This document shows, one piece after another, positions 10,171 to 18,897 of a DNA stretch of 64,000 bases. The notes under the pieces are model-generated. The model saw only the letters and a program-made list of their open reading frames with translations, was not told the DNA's origin and ran no database searches. The DNA is taken from assembly GCA_965203805.1 (NCBI GenBank), contig OZ241917.1:1376001-1440000 (forward strand), written 5' to 3'. The stretch comes from Candidatus Latescibacterota bacterium (lineage in GTDB: Bacteria > Latescibacterota > UBA2968 > GCA-2709665). Numbering within the stretch: the first letter of the stretch is position 1; every line of letters starts with the position of its first letter. Both the position numbers and the translations under genes were made by a program.

Positions 10171-10194
10171 GTAGCGGCAACCCTGGTGGCTGCC
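10171..10194 (+). repeat. GTAG-type REP-like palindrome
   Basis: GTAGC-GGCAACC-CTGGT-GGCTGCC: GTAG tetranucleotide followed by a 7-bp imperfect stem, intergenic. Confidence 0.5.
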
Positions 10195-10239
10195 AACATC
10201 ATGGCGCTCGCACCGCGATTGACATCGCCGCGCCATATC

Positions 10240-10281
10240 GCTGACCGGTTCAAGCTGAATGCTGAGAGCTGGCAGCTGTTT
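10240..10281. repeat. degenerate 7-bp tandem repeat (GCTGnnn)
   Basis: GCTGACC ggttcaa GCTGAAT GCTGAGA GCTGGCA GCTGTTT, strict 7-nt period. Confidence 0.6.
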
Positions 10282-10284
10282 CAG

Positions 10285-11460
10285 CTACAATTGATCGGCC
10301 GCTTTCCTGATTGCATCCGCCATCTTTCGAACCCGGTCCTGCGTATTGTCCGGATGCATCGGGATCAACACGGCACGGCTGAGTATGTCCAGGGAATCTC
10401 TGCACATATCCATCGAGTAGGTCACGTTCAGCTTGCGGTTCGCCGGAAAGTTGTACGGATTCATATCGGGGTGATGCGCGCCCTGCTTCCTCATGACCGG
10501 ATCCCACCGGGTATAGACGTGCCGCCCGGTATCGATCGGCAGGAATCCTCGGGTACCATTCCCACTCAGACCATCTGCGAAAACCCTCGCCGATTTCTCG
10601 TTCGGAAAGATAAATCCCAGGTTGCTTCCACATTCGTACGAAAGACTGTTGTTGACGATGGAGGTCAGTCCGGCCGCCTCCCCGGCCTTCAGCAGATGGC
10701 GCTTATGTGCGCCCATCTTTTCCAGCATCCCGTCGAGGCGTCGCAACTGGGCATTCAGAATGGCGCCGGAAACCTCCGGCGCCCTGAAATTCATGCCCGC
10801 GAACTGCTCATCCTCCTTCTTCCGGTCCGGATTCCAATAGTACGAGCAGCAATCCGAGGCCACGGAGGCGCGACCGAAAACCGCTTTGTTGTTGGTGACG
10901 AATGCCCCGCCTTCGCCGCTGGATATATTCTTGTAGAAGTTGAAGCTGAAGGCGCCCGCGTGTCCGATCGAACCCAGCATCCGGCCCTCGTAGGCGCCGC
11001 CCACCGCCTGGCACGCGTCCTCCAGTACGAGCAGCTTATGCCTGCGCGCAATACGCATCAGCGCTTTCATATTGCAAGGCAGACTCCACATATGCACGGG
11101 AATGATCGCTTTGGTATGGCGCGTCAGGCGGCGCTCGACGCCATGGGGCGAAAGCGTGATGGATTCATCCACATCGGCCACGACAGGAATCGCCCCCGCC
11201 GCCAGCACGGCCAGCGCGGTGGCCATATAGGTACACGCAGGGACAATGACTTCAGCGCCGGGGCCCACCTTCAACCCCACCAGCGCGCAATACAACGCCG
11301 AAGTCCCGCTGGTGGTCATTCTGGCGTACTTCACGCCCAGATGCTTCGCCCAGCCGGCCTCGAACCGGTCGCATTCTCCCGTACGTCCGTACCGAAAGAT
11401 GCCGCCATCGTCGAACAGCCGTTTGACGCGCCCCAGTTCCAGGTCGCCGATTCTGTACAC
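10285..11460 (-). CDS. DegT/DnrJ/EryC1/StrS family PLP aminotransferase
   Basis: TSGTSAL, IIPVHMW, VLEDACQA, FSFNFYKNISSGEGG (PLP Lys), GMNFR. Confidence 0.92.
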   Translation of the reverse strand: MYRIGDLELGRVKRLFDDGGIFRYGRTGECDRFEAGWAKHLGVKYARMTTSGTSALYCALVGLKVGPGAEVIVPACTYMATALAVLAAGAIPVVADVDESITLSPHGVERRLTRHTKAIIPVHMWSLPCNMKALMRIARRHKLLVLEDACQAVGGAYEGRMLGSIGHAGAFSFNFYKNISSGEGGAFVTNNKAVFGRASVASDCCSYYWNPDRKKEDEQFAGMNFRAPEVSGAILNAQLRRLDGMLEKMGAHKRHLLKAGEAAGLTSIVNNSLSYECGSNLGFIFPNEKSARVFADGLSGNGTRGFLPIDTGRHVYTRWDPVMRKQGAHHPDMNPYNFPANRKLNVTYSMDMCRDSLDILSRAVLIPMHPDNTQDRVRKMADAIRKAADQL

Positions 11461-11478
11461 GGTACCCCCTTTTGCCGT

Positions 11479-12132
11479 TTACACGCCGGTCTCGCTCGAC
11501 GGGTTGAAATCTTGTGCCTTGGATTGCAGTTGCCTGAGGACGTACGCACGGGCAAGCAGCGTTAGCGGCACGGTCAGGAACAGACCCACCAGCAGGCAGA
11601 GCGCGCCACCCACATTGATCAGCACCGTGAGCAGACCGAAAAGAAACAGGCGCCATCTTGCGCCCCTGGTCGTTTCGGCGCTGCGGCGCAGGGCCGCCAC
11701 CGCACCCGCGCCTTCATCTGCGATGTGATAGGCGTAGAATTGAAACAACACCATCAGAAAAATCCCCGGTACGACAATCAGAACCAGGCCGACCAGCACC
11801 GCCAACGTTGCGATGATCGTCGCGATAAAGTACGCCGGCGCCAGCGGATAGTGAATGAACAGATCGGACACGCGCACCCTTCGACCGTCGTGCAAACGCA
11901 GGGCCACGACGATCAGGCCCACGTCCATGACGATACCCGCGACAAGCGCGAGGATCCCGACAACAAACGCCCAGCCCTCTGAGTACGCGTTCACCTTGAA
12001 GACGATGCCGTTCAGGATCAGCGTGATCGCCAGGTACAGAAGCCCGAGCCAGAAAAAAAACGTGAGGTTGTCCAATGTTGTCCGCCAACCGTACCGCAGC
12101 GCGCCGGCAATGGAAAACCTATGTGCGTTCAT
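11479..12132 (-). CDS. integral membrane protein (DUF975/GPDPase-membrane-domain-like)
   Basis: Several TM segments; LIVVPGIFL, AVAALRRSAETTRGARW, GLFLTVPL. Confidence 0.7.
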   Translation of the reverse strand: MNAHRFSIAGALRYGWRTTLDNLTFFFWLGLLYLAITLILNGIVFKVNAYSEGWAFVVGILALVAGIVMDVGLIVVALRLHDGRRVRVSDLFIHYPLAPAYFIATIIATLAVLVGLVLIVVPGIFLMVLFQFYAYHIADEGAGAVAALRRSAETTRGARWRLFLFGLLTVLINVGGALCLLVGLFLTVPLTLLARAYVLRQLQSKAQDFNPSSETGV

Positions 12133-13309
12133 AATCGGCTTCCGTTTCGCAGAAAAGAGAATCCCTGGACGGTTGAGTCCCCGTGTTCGACAGCATCCGC
12201 GCCTTGGTCCTGCACTCCTCGTATTCGCCCCCGGCACTGGAATCGTGGGTCACGCCGCTTCCCACGCCGAATTCCGCAACGCCTTTCTCCCGATCGACGG
12301 TCACTGTACGTATGGCGACGTTGAACTGCGCCTCGGGACCGGGAGATACGTACCCGATGCTGCCTGTATAGACGCCGCGCGGGGAGTCCTCCAATTCCGA
12401 GATGATTCCCATGGTCCGCACCTTCGGCGCGCCTGTGACGGACCCGCAGGGAAAGGCCGCCCGCAGGAGGTCCGGGACGCCCAGGCCGGAACGGAGACGA
12501 GATTGCACGGTAGACGTCATCTGCAGGACCGTTTCATACCGCTCCACGTCCCACAACACCGGTGTCCGGACGCTGCCGGTTTCGGATACCCGCCCCAGAT
12601 CATTGCGCAGCATGTCCACAATCATCACGTTCTCCGCGCGGTCTTTCGGCGACCACTTCAAGTCGTCGAACAAAATCCGGTCCTCTTCCGGCCACCGGCC
12701 CCGACGCCGTGTCCCTTTCATTGGACGAGCCGTGAGTTGGCCTGATTTCAAGCGGAAGAACAGCTCGGGAGACGCAGACAGCACCTGAAACCGGCCGGAG
12801 TCCACGTAAGCCGAATACGCCGTCGGCTGCGACCGGCTCAGGTCTGAATAGAAGGCGGCGGCGTCCCCTTCAAAATCAGCCCGCATCCGGTAGGTGAAAT
12901 TGACCTGATACGTATCGCCGGCGGCGATGTAGGCGCGAATCCCGGCCACCACGTCTTCGTACTCATCCCTGCCGATGGACGGGCGCCACGCCGAATGCGA
13001 ATATGCGCGTCGGGAGCGGGAACGGCCACCCGCGGCCGGCATCCGCCGCTCAAACAACCCGAACCATACGAGGGGCATTGCGCCGGGCGGACGGGTCTTC
13101 AGCGCGGGATCCAAACCGGCGGCCGCCTCGTACGCGATGTATCCCGCGGCGTGCAGACCGCGGGATACGGCGCGTTCCACTTCCGTCAGCGCCGCGTACA
13201 CGTCCGCCGTACAGCGGGCGACGACCTGATCGACGCATCCGGAAAACGTGTATGAAGCGCCATCCTGATCGGTACGATTGCATTCAAGCAGCACCGCAGG
13301 TTCATTCAT
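12119..13309 (-). CDS. pabB: aminodeoxychorismate synthase component I
   Basis: AGDTYQVNFT, SASPELFF, RPMKGT, KDRAENVMIVDMLRNDLGRV, FPCGSVTGAPK, RGVYTGSIG, FNVAIRT. Confidence 0.92.
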   Translation of the reverse strand: MNEPAVLLECNRTDQDGASYTFSGCVDQVVARCTADVYAALTEVERAVSRGLHAAGYIAYEAAAGLDPALKTRPPGAMPLVWFGLFERRMPAAGGRSRSRRAYSHSAWRPSIGRDEYEDVVAGIRAYIAAGDTYQVNFTYRMRADFEGDAAAFYSDLSRSQPTAYSAYVDSGRFQVLSASPELFFRLKSGQLTARPMKGTRRRGRWPEEDRILFDDLKWSPKDRAENVMIVDMLRNDLGRVSETGSVRTPVLWDVERYETVLQMTSTVQSRLRSGLGVPDLLRAAFPCGSVTGAPKVRTMGIISELEDSPRGVYTGSIGYVSPGPEAQFNVAIRTVTVDREKGVAEFGVGSGVTHDSSAGGEYEECRTKARMLSNTGTQPSRDSLFCETEADYERT

Positions 13310-13343
13310 ATGCAACCCGACGCGTTTGACAGGGAGTAGACGA

Positions 13344-14147
13344 TCAATTCTTCGCCCAGTTTCCGTACACGTCCACCTCCACGCCCTCCACCTTCGGCCG
13401 GACGCCCTTTACGATAAAGCCGGGCCGCCCCATGCCCTGCCCGCCCTCCTGTCGGTTGCGGGGGTCCCTGAATCCCAGCCGCACGAGGCGGCGCCAGTTG
13501 CCGCTGTGATTGACCGCCGACCCGTGAATGGTCCACAGGTAAAACAGGACCACGTCGCCGGCTTTTGCCGGGACCGATACGGCGTCCTGGAGCCGATACT
13601 GGTCCGTGGGAAGATGCGGGGCGGTGCCGGCGCCCGTAATATGCTGCAGCTTGCCCAGCCGGTGGGACCCCTTGAGGAACTTGATGCATCCGCTGGTCTC
13701 ATCGGCGTCGTCCAGGTGCACCAGGCAATCCGCGTACCGCCCGTCTTCGTGCGGAAAGAACGGCAAGTCCTGGTGCATGGGAAACGGCGCCCCCTTGTCC
13801 GGCGGCTTCGCGTGCAGCGTGACATGGTGCAACTCAACGGCATCCGATCCCAGGAGATCGCCGACCGAGGCACCCAATTCCCGCTTCGTGATGGCGCGGG
13901 ACCAGGCCGCCGAATAATGCTGCAACTCGTGGATGGCCACCAGCGTTGCCACCGCGTCCTCCTCTTCGTCCATATACTCTTTCCGCCAGGGCCCTTTCCA
14001 CGCGGAGTCCCAGTTCGCGAACTCCGTCATGATGTAGTCCAGTTCATCGCCCATCTCACGGACTTCCCCTGGAGAGAACATGCCTTCGAGACGGATGTAT
14101 CCATTTTCACGAAAAAAGGCGACCTGCGCTTCGCTCAGCGATTCCAT
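13344..14147 (-). CDS. phytanoyl-CoA dioxygenase (PhyH) family 2OG-Fe(II) dioxygenase
   Basis: FFRENGY, KPP...PMHQD, GCIKFLKGSH, AGDVVLF...HGSAVNHSGNWR. Confidence 0.9.
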   Translation of the reverse strand: MESLSEAQVAFFRENGYIRLEGMFSPGEVREMGDELDYIMTEFANWDSAWKGPWRKEYMDEEEDAVATLVAIHELQHYSAAWSRAITKRELGASVGDLLGSDAVELHHVTLHAKPPDKGAPFPMHQDLPFFPHEDGRYADCLVHLDDADETSGCIKFLKGSHRLGKLQHITGAGTAPHLPTDQYRLQDAVSVPAKAGDVVLFYLWTIHGSAVNHSGNWRRLVRLGFRDPRNRQEGGQGMGRPGFIVKGVRPKVEGVEVDVYGNWAKN

Positions 14148-14183
14148 AACAGGAAATCTCCCCTATGTTGTCGCGCGCCTCGT

Positions 14184-14564
14184 CTACCTGCCGCCGATGA
14201 CAATGAGGAACGCGCTTTCTTCTACGGCCTTTACGGCGTGGCGGAGGTTTGCCGTGAAGGAAACTGCAGAACCGGATTCCAACGTCGCCTCCTCGGCTCC
14301 GGACGATATCCGGATTCGTCCACTCAGAAGAACCACCGTGGCGGGGCCCGGGGCCCTGTGTTCGTGCAGTACCGCGCCCTCCTTCATAACAGTAAGGACC
14401 ACGGTCATCTCATCCCCTCGAACCAGGGAAAGCGCGTTCCGACCGGATTCAGCGAAGGCGTCTTCCACCATAAGCTGTTCGGCCATGGCGTGTAACGGAA
14501 AAGACTCGATCCACGTCTCGTTAACTTTCAAAGGTCGGTAGGGTCGCTCAAAAGCTCTAACCAT
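14184..14564 (-). CDS. small cupin domain protein
   Basis: GAVLHEHRAPGPATVVLLSG ... HAVKAVEESAFLI. Confidence 0.8.
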   Translation of the reverse strand: MVRAFERPYRPLKVNETWIESFPLHAMAEQLMVEDAFAESGRNALSLVRGDEMTVVLTVMKEGAVLHEHRAPGPATVVLLSGRIRISSGAEEATLESGSAVSFTANLRHAVKAVEESAFLIVIGGR

Positions 14565-14640
14565 TCCGTGAACTCCTCATTGAGGCCACAGGTATCAGGA
14601 TCGGACTCTCATGGGTCCTCATCCCGGGATGAATGGCGGA

Positions 14641-16140
14641 TCAGGACCCGGGTACCGGATTCTCGTGAAACCAGCCCTTCAGGCTCGGATACAGGTCGCG
14701 GTACCGGCGAAACCGCTTCTCGTAATCGGCCGCGCGCTTCGCTCCGCTCCGGACGGCTTCGCCCAGCTTTACCGAGCGTTCGCAGGCCGCTTCAAAGTCT
14801 GGAAACACGCCCACGCCCACGCCGGCGATCACGGCCGCGCCGAGCGCCGACGCGTCCTGCACCTCCAACACCCTGACCTCGCGCCCGAACACGTCGGCCT
14901 GGATCTGACGCCATAGCGCGGACCTCGCGCCGCCTTCGCCGATTCGCAGGTCCTCGATGGGCAGCCCGATGTCCTCGAAACACTCCAGAGAGCGCTTCAG
15001 ATCGAACGCCACGCCCTCCATCAGCGAACGCACCAGGTGCGCTCTCGTATGGCGCAGCGTCAGACCCATCCAGCCGCCCCGGGCACGCGCGTCGGGGTGG
15101 GGCGTTGCCGATCCCTCCAGCCATGGAAGGAAGAAGAGCCCTTCGCTGCCGGCGGGGGCATCCTCCGCCTGCCGCGTCAGCGCGGCGACGTCTTCTCCCA
15201 ACTGATCGCTCAACCATGCCAGACTCGCCCCGCATGTATACGAACACCCGAGCCAGAAATAGGCGCCGGGGACTGAGTGACACATCGGCCAGAGCCTGTT
15301 GAAAGCGGCGGGATCCAGACTCTCCGCGAACGCGAGCGCGTGCCCCGCCGTACCGATGCCCACGTTGACAACGCCTGGCCGGATGACGCCGCTGCCCACG
15401 GCGAGGCACGAAACGTCGCCGCCGCCCGCGCAGACGGGCGTTTTCGCGGCAAGTCCCATCTCCCGGGAGGCCCGCCCGGTCAGCGTCCCGATCTCCTCGG
15501 GAGACTCCGAAATGACGGGAAACAGGCTGCGGCGCACCTCCAAGGCGTCCAGAATCTCGCCGCTCCAATCCCTCGCCCGAAGGTCCGCGGCCGCGGTTAC
15601 GGACGCGTCCGACACGTCCGTCCCGAACGTCCCCGTCATCCGGAACCGCACCCAGTCCTTCGGGATCAGCACGTACCGTGCGTCCCGGTAGACATCCGGC
15701 TCGTGAGCGCGCACCCACAACACCTTCGCCAGCGTGTTGATGGGATTCATCACCTGCAGGGCCCGGGTCCGCAGCAGATCGCCTGCGCGTGCGTTCGCCG
15801 CGTCGCATTCGGGCTGTGAGCGACGGTCGAGCCAGAGGATGGGCGCCCTGAGCGGGTTGCCGACGCCGTCCACGAACACGGCGCCGTTCATATGACCGGA
15901 CAGCGACACGCTGCGTACTTCCGCCACAGACCGTCCCTGCTTCCGGAGTTCGACCGCCACCGCGCGGGTTGTTCTGCAGATCGCCTCCCACCAGTCATCC
16001 GCGTTCTGCTCCACCCAGCCGGGATGCGGCGTCCGCATGGCGTAACTTGCGCTGGCCGAAGCCAGTACGTCGCCGCCTTCATCCAGCACGATCGTCTTTG
16101 CGCCGGATGTCCCAATGTCAATTCCGATTACCAGTGGCAT
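14641..16140 (-). CDS. xylB: FGGY-family carbohydrate kinase (xylulokinase-like)
   Basis: IGIDIGTSGAK, PGWVEQ, ILWLDRR, PKDWVRFRMTG, TDVSDAS, GGGD, MEGVAF, GGARSALWRQIQADVFG. True substrate uncertain. Confidence 0.85.
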   Translation of the reverse strand: MPLVIGIDIGTSGAKTIVLDEGGDVLASASASYAMRTPHPGWVEQNADDWWEAICRTTRAVAVELRKQGRSVAEVRSVSLSGHMNGAVFVDGVGNPLRAPILWLDRRSQPECDAANARAGDLLRTRALQVMNPINTLAKVLWVRAHEPDVYRDARYVLIPKDWVRFRMTGTFGTDVSDASVTAAADLRARDWSGEILDALEVRRSLFPVISESPEEIGTLTGRASREMGLAAKTPVCAGGGDVSCLAVGSGVIRPGVVNVGIGTAGHALAFAESLDPAAFNRLWPMCHSVPGAYFWLGCSYTCGASLAWLSDQLGEDVAALTRQAEDAPAGSEGLFFLPWLEGSATPHPDARARGGWMGLTLRHTRAHLVRSLMEGVAFDLKRSLECFEDIGLPIEDLRIGEGGARSALWRQIQADVFGREVRVLEVQDASALGAAVIAGVGVGVFPDFEAACERSVKLGEAVRSGAKRAADYEKRFRRYRDLYPSLKGWFHENPVPGS

Positions 16141-16178
16141 AGATCGGACCGTGCAATGCGCGCGACGTGCCTGCCGCG

Positions 16179-17102
16179 TTACGCGCCCGCGAGAAAACGC
16201 CGCGGGTTCTCTACCAGCAGGTCCCGGATCGCACCGTCGGATACCCCTTCTTCCCTCAGCCTGGGCACGAAACGGGTCAGCACGTAGTCCAGACCCGGAC
16301 CGCCTCCGTAGCTTCGCCAGTAACTGGGGCGGCCCAGGTCGTTGCCCAGCAGAATACGATCGCCCAACCCGGCCTCAATCATCCGCTTGAGAACGGAAAT
16401 GCGCAATTCATCGGGGCCGTACTTCACTTTGCCCGGGCAGTCGTAACCCAGGTAGGCGCCGATCTCCGCAATGCGCCGGTGCTCCCAGAAATCCGGATTC
16501 CTGTCCATGTGGCTCAGACATATCCGGCCCGGCGGTACACCCAGCGCGTCCAGGAGTGCCACCTGATCGTACCCCATCGTTCCGGCTTCCGTGTGCGTCA
16601 TCACGGGCACGCCCGTCTCCGCGTGCACCTTCGCCGCGATGCGCATCAGCTTCCTGTCGGCCTCCTGAAACGTATTGTATCCGCTGCCACCCTTGACGAC
16701 GCCGGCCTTGACGCCGGTGCCGTCGATCCCTGTCTGAATGTCCCGGATACAACTTCTGATCATGGTGTCTTCGTCCTGGTTCAGGATCGCGCGGTCGCAG
16801 AAATAGGGCTTGTTGTACCCCGTGATCACAATCACGTGCACGTCCGGCACCCGGTCCGCAATCCGTACGACCTGCCGAACGTTGCGGCCGAAGTCAATCG
16901 CCGACATTTCGACCAGCGTCCTGCCGCCCGCCCGCGCCCAGGAACGAAGCTCGTCGGCCGACCGGTCCACGTCATTCAACCTGAAATCTCCATCTTCCCT
17001 GAGCAGCCAGTCCGGAGCGTCGAAATAGAGGTGTTCGTGATAATCCACAACACCCAGGTCTCCGCCATCGACCTCCCCCCGAACCGTCATCACTGTGCCC
17101 AT
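16179..17102 (-). CDS. phosphotriesterase-family amidohydrolase (probable sugar-phosphate lactonase)
   Basis: DYHEHL (HxH), GVVKGG (carbamylated Lys position), MTHT, LSHMDRNPD, LGND, ENPRR. Confidence 0.88.
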   Translation of the reverse strand: MGTVMTVRGEVDGGDLGVVDYHEHLYFDAPDWLLREDGDFRLNDVDRSADELRSWARAGGRTLVEMSAIDFGRNVRQVVRIADRVPDVHVIVITGYNKPYFCDRAILNQDEDTMIRSCIRDIQTGIDGTGVKAGVVKGGSGYNTFQEADRKLMRIAAKVHAETGVPVMTHTEAGTMGYDQVALLDALGVPPGRICLSHMDRNPDFWEHRRIAEIGAYLGYDCPGKVKYGPDELRISVLKRMIEAGLGDRILLGNDLGRPSYWRSYGGGPGLDYVLTRFVPRLREEGVSDGAIRDLLVENPRRFLAGA

Positions 17103-17111
17103 CTCGCACCC

Positions 17112-17861
17112 CTACTCGTGTTCCAGCCCGGAAAGGAATTCCGTCCACGCCCTCACGATGCGCGCCACACACCCGTGAAACCATCGTTCGCCCTTCTCCG
17201 CGGATGCGACCGTGGCATCGCCGAACACCCCCGACCGGGACAGACTGCCCAGGGGCAGCGTGGACATCTCGTACCCGGCCGACAGCGGCGGATACTCCCG
17301 CACGGCCAGGTCCATCCTGACGGATTCGGGCTTCAGGTAGAGCATCAGGGAGGTTTCAAACTCCTCCGCGTGAAAATTCATCGGCATCCACTGGGGCGAC
17401 TCCGCGTCCGCCATCACTTCCGCCAGGCCCGGATAGAAGACGTTCAATACCTTCACATTCAGTTCGTCGACCAGCTCTCTGGCGGTGAACTTCAACGGAG
17501 CCGGATTCGCGCCATGTCCCGAAAGCGTCATCAGCGCCCGGCAGCCGCTGCGGTGCATGCTGCGCGCCAGGTCCTTCACCACGGACCTGAAGGTATCGAA
17601 GGAGAACGTAAGCGTCCCCGGATAATCGCGCCAACTCCAGGAGTACCCCACGCGCACCGCCGGCAGCACGAGACCCGAACTCTCTTTCGCGACGTCCAGG
17701 GCCAGCGCCTCCGCAAGCACCGTGTCCGTATTCTGCGGCAGATGGGGTCCGTGCTGCTCCGTTGCCCCAAGAGGCAGAATCGCGAACGGCGTGTCCCTCA
17801 GGAAGTCCCTGCACTCCGGCCACGTGGCCGTTGCCGCGTCCAGCCAATTCGACTCCGTCAC
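17112..17861 (-). CDS. creatininase / creatinine amidohydrolase family protein
   Basis: LPLGATEQHGPHLPQNTD, SGHGAN, HAEEFETS, SGVFGDATVASAEKG. GTG start at 17861. Confidence 0.9.
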   Translation of the reverse strand: MTESNWLDAATATWPECRDFLRDTPFAILPLGATEQHGPHLPQNTDTVLAEALALDVAKESSGLVLPAVRVGYSWSWRDYPGTLTFSFDTFRSVVKDLARSMHRSGCRALMTLSGHGANPAPLKFTARELVDELNVKVLNVFYPGLAEVMADAESPQWMPMNFHAEEFETSLMLYLKPESVRMDLAVREYPPLSAGYEMSTLPLGSLSRSGVFGDATVASAEKGERWFHGCVARIVRAWTEFLSGLEHE

Positions 17862-17878
17862 GTCAAAATCTCCGGTAC

Positions 17879-18066
17879 AGAAAAAACCCTGAAGGCGGTA
17901 AGAGGGTAGACGGTAGATGACATCCGTGCCCGTCTGGTTTCTCCTTTTGCCTCCGGCACGAAATGAAGCCGCACCAGGCAATCACGTCCTCTCCCCTCTT
18001 ACGTCTAACGTCTCCCCGCCTTTAGGGCAGGGTTTTCTTCTACCGTCTACCCTCTCCCGTCTCACC
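17879..18066. repeat. intergenic palindromic element with heptamer repeats
   Basis: Perfect 17-bp inverted repeat AGAGGGTAGACGGTAGA (17901-17917) / TCTACCGTCTACCCTCT (18039-18055); 7-mers TACCGTC TACCCTC TCCCGTC and TTACGTC TAACGTC. Confidence 0.7.
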
Positions 18067-18073
18067 AGTCTTG

Positions 18074-18889
18074 TCAAGCTTTATATAGACTCTCAGTTGG
18101 AATATCCGTGATCAGGGCGTGGCCGGGTGTATAGGAGACCGCGAGCGGCAGCCGGGCCTGCTGGGCCGCCAGGCTCGGCGTCACGCCGCATGCCCAGTAG
18201 AGGCGGTCGGTGCCCTCGGGGACCCGTATCGCATTGCCCGATATCGTCGTGTCGAGTTCCTTGATGCCCAGTTCCCGGCCGTTATTCCTGCCCAGCGGCG
18301 CCCCATGGCATTCCGGGAAGTGACTCGTGTACTCCCATACAGCGTCGCAACGGCCCGGGAGAAAGCTGCGCAGGGTCACCGCCATCTTGCTCCGGAACCT
18401 GCCCACCGGTTCGCAATCCAGGTCCGTCAGCTGAATACACGGCCCGAAGGCCGGTTCGTACCCCTTCTCCACCAGGAGCCCGTCGAAAGACACGCTGGAA
18501 CCGATCAGAAACGTGACCATGCGCCCGGTAAAGAGGTCGACCACGTCACGCCGCTGCTCGACCACCTCGCCCTCCCGGATCACGTCATAGGAGCCCAGGT
18601 CCGTGCGGATATCGAGCCCGCTCGCGAATTCGGGACAATCGGTATCGCCAGCGGGCATCACGGCCAGCAAAGGACACGGTTTCGGGTTCGCCCTGCAGAA
18701 TCCCTCGAACTCCTTAGCGTAGTCCCGGTCCATCATGACCACGTTCACGCAGAGGTACCCCGAAAGCGCGCGGGATGCCACGGTCTTCAGGGTATTCCTG
18801 CGGCACGCGAGGCGCACCTCCAGCGGAGATCGAAATATTACGGGTTCGGCCAACGCGCTTCCCCCTGTCAGTCCGTTGATAAAGTCCAT
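18074..18889 (-). CDS. DUF1445 family protein (D-glutamate cyclase-like hydro-lyase)
   Basis: FCRANPKPCPLL, DIRTD, FLIGSSVSF, HGAP, WACGVTP, PGHALITD. Confidence 0.85.
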   Translation of the reverse strand: MDFINGLTGGSALAEPVIFRSPLEVRLACRRNTLKTVASRALSGYLCVNVVMMDRDYAKEFEGFCRANPKPCPLLAVMPAGDTDCPEFASGLDIRTDLGSYDVIREGEVVEQRRDVVDLFTGRMVTFLIGSSVSFDGLLVEKGYEPAFGPCIQLTDLDCEPVGRFRSKMAVTLRSFLPGRCDAVWEYTSHFPECHGAPLGRNNGRELGIKELDTTISGNAIRVPEGTDRLYWACGVTPSLAAQQARLPLAVSYTPGHALITDIPTESLYKA

Positions 18890-18897
18890 CCGGGCTG

